A DNA stretch of 64,000 nt from Candidatus Saganbacteria bacterium (GTDB lineage Bacteria; Margulisbacteria; WOR-1; XYC2-FULL-46-14; WPAF01), in contig WPAF01000003.1 in assembly GCA_009772965.1 (NCBI GenBank), forward strand, positions 977 to 64,976, in the 5' to 3' direction. The notes beneath the pieces were generated by a model. It did no database searches and had not been told where the DNA came from. It saw nothing but the letters and a program-made list of their open reading frames with translations. Shown one piece after another: positions 25,781-35,312 of this stretch (its first letter is position 1; the number at the start of each line of letters is the position of its first letter). A program made the translations under genes and the position numbers.

Positions 25781-25800
25781 CGGTTTTTTAATTTTTCATA
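25781..25800. repeat. 20-bp direct repeat, copy 2
   Basis: Identical to 24431-24450 and covers the stop codon of the truncated dinD-like gene. Confidence 0.85.
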
Positions 25801-26312
25801 ATCCCACCATAAAGCCCCATATAACCGAAATCTTGGAAATTGGCATAATTGATTACCCCCGCTTCTTTGGCTGCTTTCGCGAGATTTTTATTGTGCTCTT
25901 TCATTTCGCCGCGCAAATAAACACGCTTGCTATCTTCAATCTGCAACTCGTGTACTTCTTGCTTTCTGGTCTGAATTGCAAAATATGTCTGTGCTAAAGC
26001 AATTTCTTCTTTGCGCGGATCACCGTTTTGGGCTATAAGATAACAGGCATAGCGGGATAATTTGTAATCCTCGATTACTTGCCCCTGAATTTCTCCGTAC
26101 TGATTGCGAGATTTTTGGGGTTCGCTCACGTGAGCGAAATGCAAATTTACCTCTTGCCCGCTATTTTCACAAGCTTTTTTACCTCGTTCTATGGCAGGTG
26201 AAAATTTGCCATATTCTGTATACCCCAGCAATTTATATAAATCCCGGGCGCGCCAAAACTCCTTACCATATTCGTTAATCTTTTTTATTTGCTCAAAAAT
26301 ATTGTTGGCCAT
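25788..26312 (-). CDS. dinD: DNA-damage-inducible protein D (DinD)-like, C-terminally truncated
   Basis: 174 aa. FE.IK..NE.G.EFW.ARDL...LGY..Y..F...I.+A..AC..SG and YACYLIAQNGDP match the DinD family from memory. The ORF ends abruptly (..GLYGGIMKN*) inside the 20-bp repeat. Confidence 0.65.
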   Translation of the reverse strand: MANNIFEQIKKINEYGKEFWRARDLYKLLGYTEYGKFSPAIERGKKACENSGQEVNLHFAHVSEPQKSRNQYGEIQGQVIEDYKLSRYACYLIAQNGDPRKEEIALAQTYFAIQTRKQEVHELQIEDSKRVYLRGEMKEHNKNLAKAAKEAGVINYANFQDFGYMGLYGGIMKN

Positions 26313-26405
26313 TGTTTCTCCCGAATTTTTATTATAACACTGTCAACGGAAAAAATATTGCATAATTCCCTGCAAGTTTGCCGCCATTTTGCTTGGATAT
26401 TACGT

Positions 26406-26433
26406 TTGACACCAAAATTTCATAAGATATAAT
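26406..26433 (+). promoter_or_regulatory. Near-consensus sigma70 promoter (TTGACA-16-TATAAT)
   Basis: TTGACA at 26406-26411 and TATAAT at 26428-26433. The -10 ends only 8 nt before the TTG start at 26442, implying a very short or absent leader. Confidence 0.55.
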
Positions 26434-26441
26434 AGGTTAAG

Positions 26442-26810
26442 TTGAAAAGAAATATTTTTTTGGCAGTCCTACTTATATTTTCGCTTTGTGCCATCGGGCA
26501 TGCGAAGGTTGTCGGGTTGGCGCTGAACTATAAAAACCCATTTAATCCTTCTATTGGCGAAACAACAAAAATTATGTATACCCTTGACCAAAGCTCAGGG
26601 GTGACAATCTACATTTTTAATCTTGTCGGCAAATGCATAAAGAAAATCAACTGTCCGGCCGGGGGGCAGGGGGCGAGATTGGGATTTAATGAAGTTGAAT
26701 GGGACGGCTACTCTGATACAAAAGAGCTTATGGGAAATGACTCCTACATTGCTTGTTTGATTTCAGAAGGGAAAGTAATTGCAAAGTGCAAAATAGCAAT
26801 ATTAAAGTAA
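26442..26810 (+). CDS. Small secreted protein consisting of a FlgD-Ig / T9SS C-terminal-sorting-like domain
   Basis: 122 aa with a signal peptide. NPFNPS...TKIMYTL....VTIYIFNLVG..I..I.......G.NEVEWDG is the pattern of FlgD-Ig/Por secretion-tail domains. Confidence 0.65.
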   Translation: MKRNIFLAVLLIFSLCAIGHAKVVGLALNYKNPFNPSIGETTKIMYTLDQSSGVTIYIFNLVGKCIKKINCPAGGQGARLGFNEVEWDGYSDTKELMGNDSYIACLISEGKVIAKCKIAILK

Positions 26811-27781
26811 TAGCCGTATTCATTATATTGCTTTGCCAGCTAAAATCATTCGGCGGGTCATTAGACATTGGGAAAATAGGTTTTGGGGCAAGGGCGATCG
26901 CGCTTGGCAGGTCGCAGGTTGCGGCACAGGATATCTCTTCTATATATATGTGCCCAGCAAATGCGGCGCAAATAAGCAACGTTGAGCTTGTGAGCATGTA
27001 CTCAAAGTTTACCGAGGAAGTAATTTATAATTATTTGGGGCTTGGAATCCCGATGCTGGAGGGAAAACTGGGCGGAATTGGAGTCGCGTATCTTTCCACT
27101 GGCGTCACATCAATCAATAACACTGCGTTAGATAATTCCGGCCATCCTTATGTTGTTTCTTCATTTGACCAGAGCAATAAAATGCTTATCTTAAGCGCGG
27201 GCGGGAAAATAAACAGTTTTTTTTCGTCAGGAGTTTCAATAAAGTTTTTTACCAAATCGTTTGAGGGGATTAATCGCGGATCCGCGAATGGGTTTGACGC
27301 GGATCTTGGCTTTATTTTTAATCCTAACGAAAGGGGATTTATTGGCTTATCAGCCCAAAACATCCTGCCGATTGATTTTGGGAGTTTAGCCTGGGGATCG
27401 GGCGCGACAGAAGATACCCCTGCAAGCCTTAGGATTGGCGGGAAGTTTGGATTAAAGGAAAACTTGGCCTTGCTTTTTGATCTTGATTCCGAGGGCGTTC
27501 ATTCCGGGGTTGAGTGGCATCCAACAAAACCTCTTGCCATTCGCGGCGGATTTGAAAGGATGTCAGACATAAATAGTTTCTCGATTGGGGCGGGGCTTGA
27601 GCTGATGGGAGTTTCTTTTGATTACGCATACAGCATAAGCTCGTCTTTTTATGAAGCCTCAACCCATTATTTTTCGCTGGGGCTGAAAGCGCCGTATCGG
27701 AATTTTGAAGTCCGGCCGATAGCTCCGGCGCAGGAAAAAGAACCGCAATTTTCCTTGATTGACGCAGGTTTTGAGAATTGA
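26753..27781 (+). CDS. PorV/PorQ-family outer-membrane beta-barrel protein (start uncertain)
   Basis: 342 aa. GFGARAIALGRSQVAAQD.SSIY.CPAN, FDADLGFIF, LRIGG, SGVEWHP, IRGGFE and FDYAY follow the PorV/PorQ pattern. The ATG at 26753 overlaps the previous gene by 58 nt, so a later non-canonical start is possible. Confidence 0.7.
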   Translation: MFDFRRESNCKVQNSNIKVIAVFIILLCQLKSFGGSLDIGKIGFGARAIALGRSQVAAQDISSIYMCPANAAQISNVELVSMYSKFTEEVIYNYLGLGIPMLEGKLGGIGVAYLSTGVTSINNTALDNSGHPYVVSSFDQSNKMLILSAGGKINSFFSSGVSIKFFTKSFEGINRGSANGFDADLGFIFNPNERGFIGLSAQNILPIDFGSLAWGSGATEDTPASLRIGGKFGLKENLALLFDLDSEGVHSGVEWHPTKPLAIRGGFERMSDINSFSIGAGLELMGVSFDYAYSISSSFYEASTHYFSLGLKAPYRNFEVRPIAPAQEKEPQFSLIDAGFEN

Positions 27782-27798
27782 TAGAATAGGAGAACAAT

Positions 27799-28656
27799 AT
27801 GAAAAGATTTTTAACCGCATTGATGTTGATAAGCTGTTTCTCGTGCGCGTTTGGCGCGGTAGTCCCATGGGCGGACATTTGGACGAATACCGGATATCTC
27901 ACTACAAACGGAGAAAGCAATAACTTTAGCGCGTTTTTACTTCGCTCAGAAGGTAAGGTCGGCCTTAGGGCAGAAGAGTCAATCATTCCGCTTGAGCCAT
28001 ATGTCGCATATTACGGCGTATTGTCGCAGGATAAAAACTATTGGAATAATAATTGTGCGTACGGCGCGGGTCTCCGGCTGATGCCATTTACATCCTACCA
28101 ATCAACCGATTGGACAAATGAATGGATAAAAGACCTTAAGCTTTTTTCTGAAGTATTAAGGATGTCTGTACTAAACGATAAGGCAACCGCAGATGTTGAT
28201 AAAATTAAAACCAGTGATTTTCGTGTTGGCGTTGATGTTTGGCACGAATGGAACTTAAAAGAGATAGACAATAAAGCCCCGTGGGCTGAAATATGGGGGA
28301 ATTTGTCATACCGGCAAACCAGTTTTTTTGCTGAAGCAAATAATTTTCCAAACAACCAATTTAACACATACCTATTATATCTGCAGTCGAAATGGGGGAT
28401 GCATTTTGACGGCGGAATCAGGCCTTATGTTTGTTCGTATCTCACATATTCCGGCGTCCCCAAATCATGGCTCAATAGTTTTTATTACGGGCTTGGCCTA
28501 AGGGTGGAGCCGTTTAGGGAGCAAAAAGATCCGCCGGAAATGCTTAAAAAATTTAAAATGTTCCTCGAAGTGCTCGGCATTTCATGGCTAAAGGAAAATG
28601 AGGGCAGGCCTTCATCTGACTTCAGGTTTGGCGTTGACTTTACCTTTGGAAGATAA
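27799..28656 (+). CDS. Hypothetical outer-membrane protein (beta-barrel-like)
   Basis: 285 aa with a signal peptide (CFSCAFG), many aromatic-ended beta-strand-like segments and a C-terminal ..FGVDFTFGR. Confidence 0.6.
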   Translation: MKRFLTALMLISCFSCAFGAVVPWADIWTNTGYLTTNGESNNFSAFLLRSEGKVGLRAEESIIPLEPYVAYYGVLSQDKNYWNNNCAYGAGLRLMPFTSYQSTDWTNEWIKDLKLFSEVLRMSVLNDKATADVDKIKTSDFRVGVDVWHEWNLKEIDNKAPWAEIWGNLSYRQTSFFAEANNFPNNQFNTYLLYLQSKWGMHFDGGIRPYVCSYLTYSGVPKSWLNSFYYGLGLRVEPFREQKDPPEMLKKFKMFLEVLGISWLKENEGRPSSDFRFGVDFTFGR

Positions 28657-28658
28657 TA

Positions 28659-29219
28659 ATGTACCTCGTTGTTGGCCTAGGAAATCCGGGAAAGCAGTAT
28701 GAAAACACCCGCCATAACACGGGCTTTCTCGTAGTTGAGGAATTTGCAAAGCTCTTAAATGTTTCCGAGTTCAAGTCAAAGAGCAAACTCTTTTCCCTTA
28801 CCGCGGAAGCTGACGTCAGCGGGCACAAAGTTATCATCGCTGAGCCCCAAACCTTTATGAATAATTCAGGGCAGGCGGTTTCTGCGCTGGCAAACTGGTA
28901 TAAAATAAATCTTGACCATATAATCATAGCTTATGACGACGTTGACCTCGAAATCGGAAAAATCCGGATTCGCCAAAACGGCAATTCCGGAGGGCACCAC
29001 GGGATTGAATCAATTATTTTGCACCGTGGCTTATCTGATTTTAATAGAGTCCGCGTTGGAATAGGAAGAGAAAGCTTAACCGGTGACGTGGCTGATTATG
29101 TCCTTCAAAAAATTCCAAACGAACAAAAAGATCTCTTGGCAATTACCAAAGCGGCGGAAGCCATTAAGGCTATAATTGAAGAAGGCATCGATAGCGCCAT
29201 GAACCGTTTTAATGCTTGA
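28659..29219 (+). CDS. pth: Peptidyl-tRNA hydrolase
   Basis: 186 aa starting VGLGNPG..Y..TRHN.GF. Confidence 0.95.
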   Translation: MYLVVGLGNPGKQYENTRHNTGFLVVEEFAKLLNVSEFKSKSKLFSLTAEADVSGHKVIIAEPQTFMNNSGQAVSALANWYKINLDHIIIAYDDVDLEIGKIRIRQNGNSGGHHGIESIILHRGLSDFNRVRVGIGRESLTGDVADYVLQKIPNEQKDLLAITKAAEAIKAIIEEGIDSAMNRFNA

Positions 29220-32139
29220 ATTTGCCGAGTTAATTGGTACAACCTCCGGATTAATTGGCGCCTCAAAAAGCTGTGTTTTGGCAAAATTATCCCCGGATTT
29301 GATTATTACAAATTCCTCAGGACAGGCCAGCATAATCAAGCGCGAAATAGAATTGATATCCGGCAAAAAAGTTTTTCTTTTGCCGGCGCTTGATATTTTC
29401 CCCGGAGAAGAAATTGCCCCAAGCAAAGAATTAATTGGAGAAAGGTGCGCAATATTATCGCGCTGGGAAGGGATTGTTGTCGCCCCGCTAAAAGCAATTT
29501 TGCAAAAGACAAGCAATGAAATCAAATCAATAACAATTCAGCAGGGGGGAAAGATTGATCGCGATAATTTAATTGAACAACTGGTTGGGCTTGGATATAA
29601 AAGGATGGGCATTGTTGGGGAGAGGGGGGAGTTTTCAGTGCGCGGCGGGATAATTGATGTTTTTGCCGCAAACATGGAGATGCCTGTCAGGTTTGAACTT
29701 TGGGGAGATAAGGTTGACTCAATGCGAAGCTTTGATTCGCAAAACCAAAAATCCCAGCAAAAAATAAATGAGGCGGTAGTTTTTCCTGCGATTGAACTTT
29801 TTGAAAAATCAGTGCTTGATTTTTTGCCCAAAAACCCAAAAGTTGCCATTGATGAGCCGGCAATTTTAAAACAAACATATGAAAAGCTGTTCGACGAGGC
29901 AAAGGAGTTTAATGGGGAAAAAGATTTTATTAGCTTTGAGGAAATAATTAAGACAAACCCGACAACTGTTTCCTCTTTTGAAAAATCAATAATAGAACCG
30001 GCGCCGAAGTTTTTTGGAAAAATCGAGGAATTAAAAAGCGAACTGGAAAAAAGAAAAAAAGTTTATATAGTCAGCAAGCACGCGGAAGCGCTCAAAGAAA
30101 GCATAAGCCATCCGATAATTTTAGGGGAGCTTTCCGGCGGCTTTGTTATAAATGATACAGCCGTCATAACAGATTATGAATTATTCGGAGAAAAGATGAA
30201 TCCTCCCAAAGCAGTTTCAAGGGAAGGGGTTGACGAGTCGCTCCTTGCGGACATTAAAATCGGTGATTACGTCGTACACGAAAATTATGGGATCGGGATT
30301 TACTGCGGGATGGAAAAAGTAGAAGGGGTTGAGGGCGAGCATCTTTTAATTGAATACGCGGAAAGCGACAAGCTTTATGTTCCTCTTACCATGATTGGCA
30401 TGGTTGAAAAATATTCCGTCAAGGAAGGGTTTAAGCCAAAACTGGCGAGATTGGGCGGGCAGGAATGGGCAAGGACAAAAAACAGGGTAAAAAAATCGGT
30501 AAAAGATATGGCCGAAGAACTATTGAGCTTATATGCCGACCGCTCGCAGGCGGAAAGGGCTCCGTATCCTCAGGTGGATGTTTGGCAAAAAGAACTTGAA
30601 GCCTCTTTTCCCTATGAAGAAACCAAAGACCAGCAAAAAGCAATTATTGAAGTACAAAACGATATGTCTTTGCCAAAGCCGATGGATCGGCTGATTTGCG
30701 GAGATGTGGGATACGGCAAAACAGAAGTCGCGATCAGAGCTGCGGCTAAAGCGGCGGCATTTGGGAAACAAGCCGCCATCTTGGCGCCGACAACTATTCT
30801 CGCGGAACAGCATTACAATAATATTAAAGAAAGGTTTAATTCTCTCCCGTTTTCAGTTGATATGCTAAGCAGATTCAGGAGCAAGGCCGAACAAAAAAAT
30901 ACAATCGCAAAGCTGGCAGAAGGCACAGTTGATGTAATTGTCGGAACACACCGCCTGCTTTCAAAAGACATTAAATTTAAAAATTTGGGACTTATAATAA
31001 TTGATGAAGAACAAAGGTTTGGGGTTGCGCACAAGGAAAAACTCAAGCGGCTAAAAGTCTCGGTAGACTCTTTAACCCTTACGGCAACTCCGATCCCGAG
31101 GACTTTATATTTTTCTCTTTCCGGCGTCCGCGACATGAGTTTAATTAACACCGCCCCGCTTGACCGATCGCCGGTAAAAACATATGTGTTGGCTTGGAGC
31201 GAATCGGTTTTAAGGGAGGCGGTGCTTAAGGAGCTTGATAGAGGGGGGCAGATCTATTTTGTTTATAACAAGGTTGAGACGATATCCGGGATGGCGGCAA
31301 AACTGAAAAAAATTGTTCCCGAAGCGCGAGTAGGGATTGCCCATGGCCAGATGGGAGAAAAAATGCTTGAGCAAACAATGGGAAAATTTTTACAGCGCGA
31401 ATTTGATATTTTACTATGCTCAACTATCATTGAATCCGGCCTGGACATAACAAATGTCAATACAATTATAATTGACGAGGCCGATCGTTTTGGGCTTTCC
31501 CAGCTTTACCAATTAAGGGGGAGGGTGGGAAGATCTTCCGTAAAAGCATACGCGTATCTTTTTTATTATCCTGAAAAAATATTATCAACTTCCGCGATTG
31601 AGCGGCTTAAGGCGATCCAGGAATATGCATCCTTGGGCTCCGGCTACAAGTTGGCCATGAGAGATCTTGAAATACGGGGTGCGGGAAATATTCTTGGCGC
31701 GGAACAGCATGGGCATATGCTTTCGGTCGGCTTTGATATGTACTGCGAACTGCTTGAAGAGGCGGCCAGGGAAATAAAAGGGATTAAAGAGCCCACCCCC
31801 AGGCAAGTAGAAATTGATATCAAGGTTGACGCCTACATCCCAGCCGATTATATGGAAGATGAAAGGCAGAGGATCGCGACATACCGCCGGATAAATTTAA
31901 TTGAAAAAGAGAACGAGCTTAGGGATCTGTTTAATGAGCTTGAAGACCGGTTTGGAAAAATGCAAAACCCGCTAAAAAGCCTTTTTGAAATCATTGAGCT
32001 CAAACTTTTCGCGAAAGCCCGGGGCGTAAAGTTGATAAAAGAAAATAATGGGCTTATCAAGGTAGAATATTTTAACGGAAGCGGCAAAGAGTTTAAAAAA
32101 TGCCCGATTCCGGAAATTAAATCCCGAGTCGAGAAGTAA
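29212..32139 (+). CDS. mfd: Transcription-repair coupling factor Mfd
   Basis: 975 aa with the CarD-like RID region (GDYVVHENYGIG), SF2 helicase motifs GDVGYGKTEV and DEEQRFGV, and the TRG/translocation region. Confidence 0.95.
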   Translation: MLEFAELIGTTSGLIGASKSCVLAKLSPDLIITNSSGQASIIKREIELISGKKVFLLPALDIFPGEEIAPSKELIGERCAILSRWEGIVVAPLKAILQKTSNEIKSITIQQGGKIDRDNLIEQLVGLGYKRMGIVGERGEFSVRGGIIDVFAANMEMPVRFELWGDKVDSMRSFDSQNQKSQQKINEAVVFPAIELFEKSVLDFLPKNPKVAIDEPAILKQTYEKLFDEAKEFNGEKDFISFEEIIKTNPTTVSSFEKSIIEPAPKFFGKIEELKSELEKRKKVYIVSKHAEALKESISHPIILGELSGGFVINDTAVITDYELFGEKMNPPKAVSREGVDESLLADIKIGDYVVHENYGIGIYCGMEKVEGVEGEHLLIEYAESDKLYVPLTMIGMVEKYSVKEGFKPKLARLGGQEWARTKNRVKKSVKDMAEELLSLYADRSQAERAPYPQVDVWQKELEASFPYEETKDQQKAIIEVQNDMSLPKPMDRLICGDVGYGKTEVAIRAAAKAAAFGKQAAILAPTTILAEQHYNNIKERFNSLPFSVDMLSRFRSKAEQKNTIAKLAEGTVDVIVGTHRLLSKDIKFKNLGLIIIDEEQRFGVAHKEKLKRLKVSVDSLTLTATPIPRTLYFSLSGVRDMSLINTAPLDRSPVKTYVLAWSESVLREAVLKELDRGGQIYFVYNKVETISGMAAKLKKIVPEARVGIAHGQMGEKMLEQTMGKFLQREFDILLCSTIIESGLDITNVNTIIIDEADRFGLSQLYQLRGRVGRSSVKAYAYLFYYPEKILSTSAIERLKAIQEYASLGSGYKLAMRDLEIRGAGNILGAEQHGHMLSVGFDMYCELLEEAAREIKGIKEPTPRQVEIDIKVDAYIPADYMEDERQRIATYRRINLIEKENELRDLFNELEDRFGKMQNPLKSLFEIIELKLFAKARGVKLIKENNGLIKVEYFNGSGKEFKKCPIPEIKSRVEK

Positions 32140-32440
32140 ACTCCCTGATCATGGATTGTTTTTTTATTTCTGCAATCGGCCTTCCCTGCTTATCGTTGAT
32201 AATTATCGATTGCTTCTTGATTGTGATTTTTCCATTATTTACATCTTCAATAGTTGACTTTGAAAGAAATACCGAAATCATAAGGTCTGAAATTTCAGGA
32301 TTCAACTTGCCGTTTAAAAAATATTTCGGCTCAATTTCAATTTCTGTATGAATGCCTTTTATGGTGTTTCTTTTTCCATAATCCTTCCATAATTGGCGTA
32401 TTGCGTTTTGTAATTCGGAAATTGGATCTTTCTCCTTCAT
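32117..32440 (-). CDS. Hypothetical protein
   Basis: 107-aa ORF, start-stop coupled to the upstream 219-aa ORF. Its 3' end overlaps the mfd 3' end by 23 nt. No motif recognised. Confidence 0.5.
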   Translation of the reverse strand: MKEKDPISELQNAIRQLWKDYGKRNTIKGIHTEIEIEPKYFLNGKLNPEISDLMISVFLSKSTIEDVNNGKITIKKQSIIINDKQGRPIAEIKKQSMIREFTSRLGI

Positions 32441-33096
32441 TGTGTTTCCCCTTTCTCCAGTAAAATATTACAAGCAAGCTTTGCCCTTTTTTCGGGCAGG
32501 TATTTTTCAGTGACCGCCATTATTAATTTATCTGGCTGGTAGATGATATTTTCTTTCTCGGCTTGAAAAGAAACTCCAGCTGCTGCCACGCCGGCAGATT
32601 GCGGATTTTTTATTGAATCGGGCAGTCCCGGGAGTATTCCTGTTGAAGGCGCGCCGATTTGCGATTTTGGTTTTTGATAAAGAGGTTCAGGACTTTTATC
32701 CCTTTCAATTGAAAGAGAAACAAGGTATAAATGTTTTTGGATGGCAGAATTTTTTGCCATTTCTTTTAATTGTTCTGGGCGGACATGAATAAGATTATCT
32801 TCGGCTGGAGAAAATTTTCCAGTAATACGGACGCCATGGTATAAACCATAAATTACATTGGTCATTTGCTGTGGGTTTAATCCAGTGCTCGCAAGGAGCC
32901 GGAGAAGCTCTTTCCCTTTTACTGTTGTTTGCCCGATTTTAAAAGAAAGTCCGGCAATTCCTCTTGGGTCAGATATTAGTGACGCGATAATTTTTTGTAA
33001 AAGTTCAGTGGAAATTGTTTGCCCGGCAGGCAGCATTTGCAAGCGAGAAACTATGTCTGTAATATTTACAGGTTTTATATTTGTGTTATTAATCAT
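32437..33096 (-). CDS. Hypothetical protein
   Basis: 219-aa ORF with coding-like composition and no recognised motif. Confidence 0.55.
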   Translation of the reverse strand: MINNTNIKPVNITDIVSRLQMLPAGQTISTELLQKIIASLISDPRGIAGLSFKIGQTTVKGKELLRLLASTGLNPQQMTNVIYGLYHGVRITGKFSPAEDNLIHVRPEQLKEMAKNSAIQKHLYLVSLSIERDKSPEPLYQKPKSQIGAPSTGILPGLPDSIKNPQSAGVAAAGVSFQAEKENIIYQPDKLIMAVTEKYLPEKRAKLACNILLEKGETQ

Positions 33097-33145
33097 ATGC
33101 TTACATTACTTAATCGTGATATAGGGCGGAAAACTTGCACGAAAT

Positions 33146-33538
33146 ATGGTAAAATTGAATAAAATGAAGGAATTTGACCGGTTAGTTGAGGTTGTGGCAG
33201 TCCTCCGCAAAAAATGCCCCTGGGATAAGAATCAGACGCACAAATCGCTTAAACCATACATGATAGAAGAGGTTAATGAAGCTATCGAAGCGATTGACCT
33301 GGGGAACCATAAGCACTTGGCGGAAGAAATTGGGGACATGCTCCTGCATATAATTATGCACGCTGAAATAGCCAAAGAAAAAAACAAATTTGACATTAAA
33401 GATGTCTTGGAAAATATTACCGAAAAAATGATCCGTCGCCATCCGCATGTTTTTGGGAAAGGGAAGGCGCGCACGATTAAAGGAGTTTTAAAAAAATGGA
33501 AGCAAATAAAAAAGGAGGAGAAAAAACGTGAACATTAA
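33146..33538 (+). CDS. mazG: MazG-family nucleotide pyrophosphohydrolase
   Basis: 130 aa with CPWD..QTH.SL..Y..EE..E...AI and EE.GD.LL.. motifs, plus RHPHVFG. Confidence 0.88.
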   Translation: MVKLNKMKEFDRLVEVVAVLRKKCPWDKNQTHKSLKPYMIEEVNEAIEAIDLGNHKHLAEEIGDMLLHIIMHAEIAKEKNKFDIKDVLENITEKMIRRHPHVFGKGKARTIKGVLKKWKQIKKEEKKREH

Positions 33539-35312
33539 TCGGAGGAGCGTTTTTTTCTGGGGGATGGTTATTCTTTTGGGCGTTATGATGTTCGCCCCGC
33601 TGTATAAAACAGACCAGGCGAAAGAGATTTCGTTTTCAAATTTTTTAAATTTAATTGAGACAGGAAAAGTAAAAGAAGTGACAATTGCCGGAGAAATCGT
33701 TTCCGGAAAATTGAAAGATAACTCGCTGTTTAGAGCCAGAGCCTTAAACTATCCCAACTTGGTTCCGAACTTAAGGGAAAAGGGTATAGATATTAAAGTT
33801 GAGTCGCCAATGGAATCAGGCTGGGCCTGGGCGCTTATTTCGCAAATCGTTTTTCCTTTGGCGTTTTTTGGCTTTTTGTGGTGGCTGCTTTTAAGGCAGG
33901 CGCAGTCGGCAAACAGCGCCGCGCTTTCTTTTGGAAAATCTCCCGCGAAGCCGCTTTCAGGAAAAATAAAAATCACATTCGCGGACGTTGCCGGCGTTGA
34001 TGAAGCAAAAGAAGAGCTAAAAGAGATTGTAGACTTTTTAAAAACACCGGAAAAATTCCAAAAACTCGGCGCGAAAATACCAAAAGGACTCTTGCTCATG
34101 GGTGCGCCTGGAACAGGCAAAACTTTGCTTGCAAGGGCGATTGCCGGAGAAGCCGATGTGCCGTTTTTTTCAATTTCCGGCTCAGATTTTGTTGAAATGT
34201 TTGTCGGCGTGGGAGCGGCCAGGGTAAGGGCCATTTTCCAGCAGGCAAAAAAACAAACGCCTTCAATTATTTTTATGGACGAAATTGACGCGGTTGGAAG
34301 GCACAGGGGGGCAGGGTTGGGGGGAGGACATGATGAAAGGGAGCAAACGCTCAACCAGCTGCTGGTTGAAATGGACGGCTTTGACCCAAAAATAAATATT
34401 ATTGTTATTGCCGCAACAAACAGGCCGGACATCCTTGATCCCGCGCTTTTGAGGCCGGGAAGGTTTGACCGGCAGGTGGTTTTAGACAAGCCGGACTTAA
34501 GGGGCAGAGAAGAAATTTTAAAAATCCACGCGAAAAACAAGCCGCTGGCAAAAGATGTTGATTTAAAAGTTGTCGCGCGCAGGACTCCCGGATTTACCGG
34601 AGCGGATTTGGAAAATTTGCTAAATGAAGCGGCGATTCTTGCGGCAAGGGCGGATAAAAAAGAGATATTCAAAGAGGAATTAGAAGAAGCCGCGGACAGG
34701 GTTATGGCGGGTCCCGAAAAAAAGAGCAGGGTCATTTCTGAAAAAGAAAAAAAGATAATCGCGTTCCATGAAGTGGGGCATGCTTTGATTTCAAAGCTTT
34801 TGCCAAATGCGGATCCGGTGCATAAAATTTCTATCCTGCCTAGGGGATTGGCGCTTGGCTATACGCTTGCCTTGCCTCTGCAGGACAAATACCTGGTTTC
34901 AAAAAGCGAGATAATCGACCAAATAACGATTTTACTAGGCGGAAGGGCTTCTGAAGAAACAGAATTTTCTGAAGTCACATCAGGAGCGCATAATGACTTG
35001 GAGCGGGCAACTGAGCTTGCCAAAAAAATGGTGACAGAGTACGGCATGTCAAAGCTGGGGGCCAGGACTTTTGGCAGGAAAGACCGGCAAATATTTTTGG
35101 GCAGGGATATCGCGGAAATGAAGGATTATGGTGAACAAACCGCCGATGCCATAGATTGCGAAGTAAAAAGCATTATTGATGTTTGCCATAAAAAAGCCGT
35201 GGAAATAATCAATTCAAACAAAGCTCAGCTTGAAAAAATTGCCGGGATCCTCATGGAAAAAGAAACGCTTGAAGGGGAAGACCTCGAAAACGCGTTTAAA
35301 ACAAGCCAGTAA
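33528..35312 (+). CDS. ftsH: ATP-dependent zinc metalloprotease FtsH
   Basis: 594 aa with two N-terminal TM helices, Walker [19 protein letters not shown], the SRH and the zinc site HEVGHAL. Confidence 0.97.
   Translation: MNINRRSVFFWGMVILLGVMMFAPLYKTDQAKEISFSNFLNLIETGKVKEVTIAGEIVSGKLKDNSLFRARALNYPNLVPNLREKGIDIKVESPMESGWAWALISQIVFPLAFFGFLWWLLLRQAQSANSAALSFGKSPAKPLSGKIKITFADVAGVDEAKEELKEIVDFLKTPEKFQKLGAKIPKGLLLMGAPGTGKTLLARAIAGEADVPFFSISGSDFVEMFVGVGAARVRAIFQQAKKQTPSIIFMDEIDAVGRHRGAGLGGGHDEREQTLNQLLVEMDGFDPKINIIVIAATNRPDILDPALLRPGRFDRQVVLDKPDLRGREEILKIHAKNKPLAKDVDLKVVARRTPGFTGADLENLLNEAAILAARADKKEIFKEELEEAADRVMAGPEKKSRVISEKEKKIIAFHEVGHALISKLLPNADPVHKISILPRGLALGYTLALPLQDKYLVSKSEIIDQITILLGGRASEETEFSEVTSGAHNDLERATELAKKMVTEYGMSKLGARTFGRKDRQIFLGRDIAEMKDYGEQTADAIDCEVKSIIDVCHKKAVEIINSNKAQLEKIAGILMEKETLEGEDLENAFKTSQ

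Noticed and set aside
33749-34735. 328-aa ORF antisense to ftsH.
   Set aside because: It lies entirely inside the strongly supported ftsH gene. Its low-complexity Ser/Ala/Pro-rich translation is typical of a shadow frame, and it has no RBS or motif.
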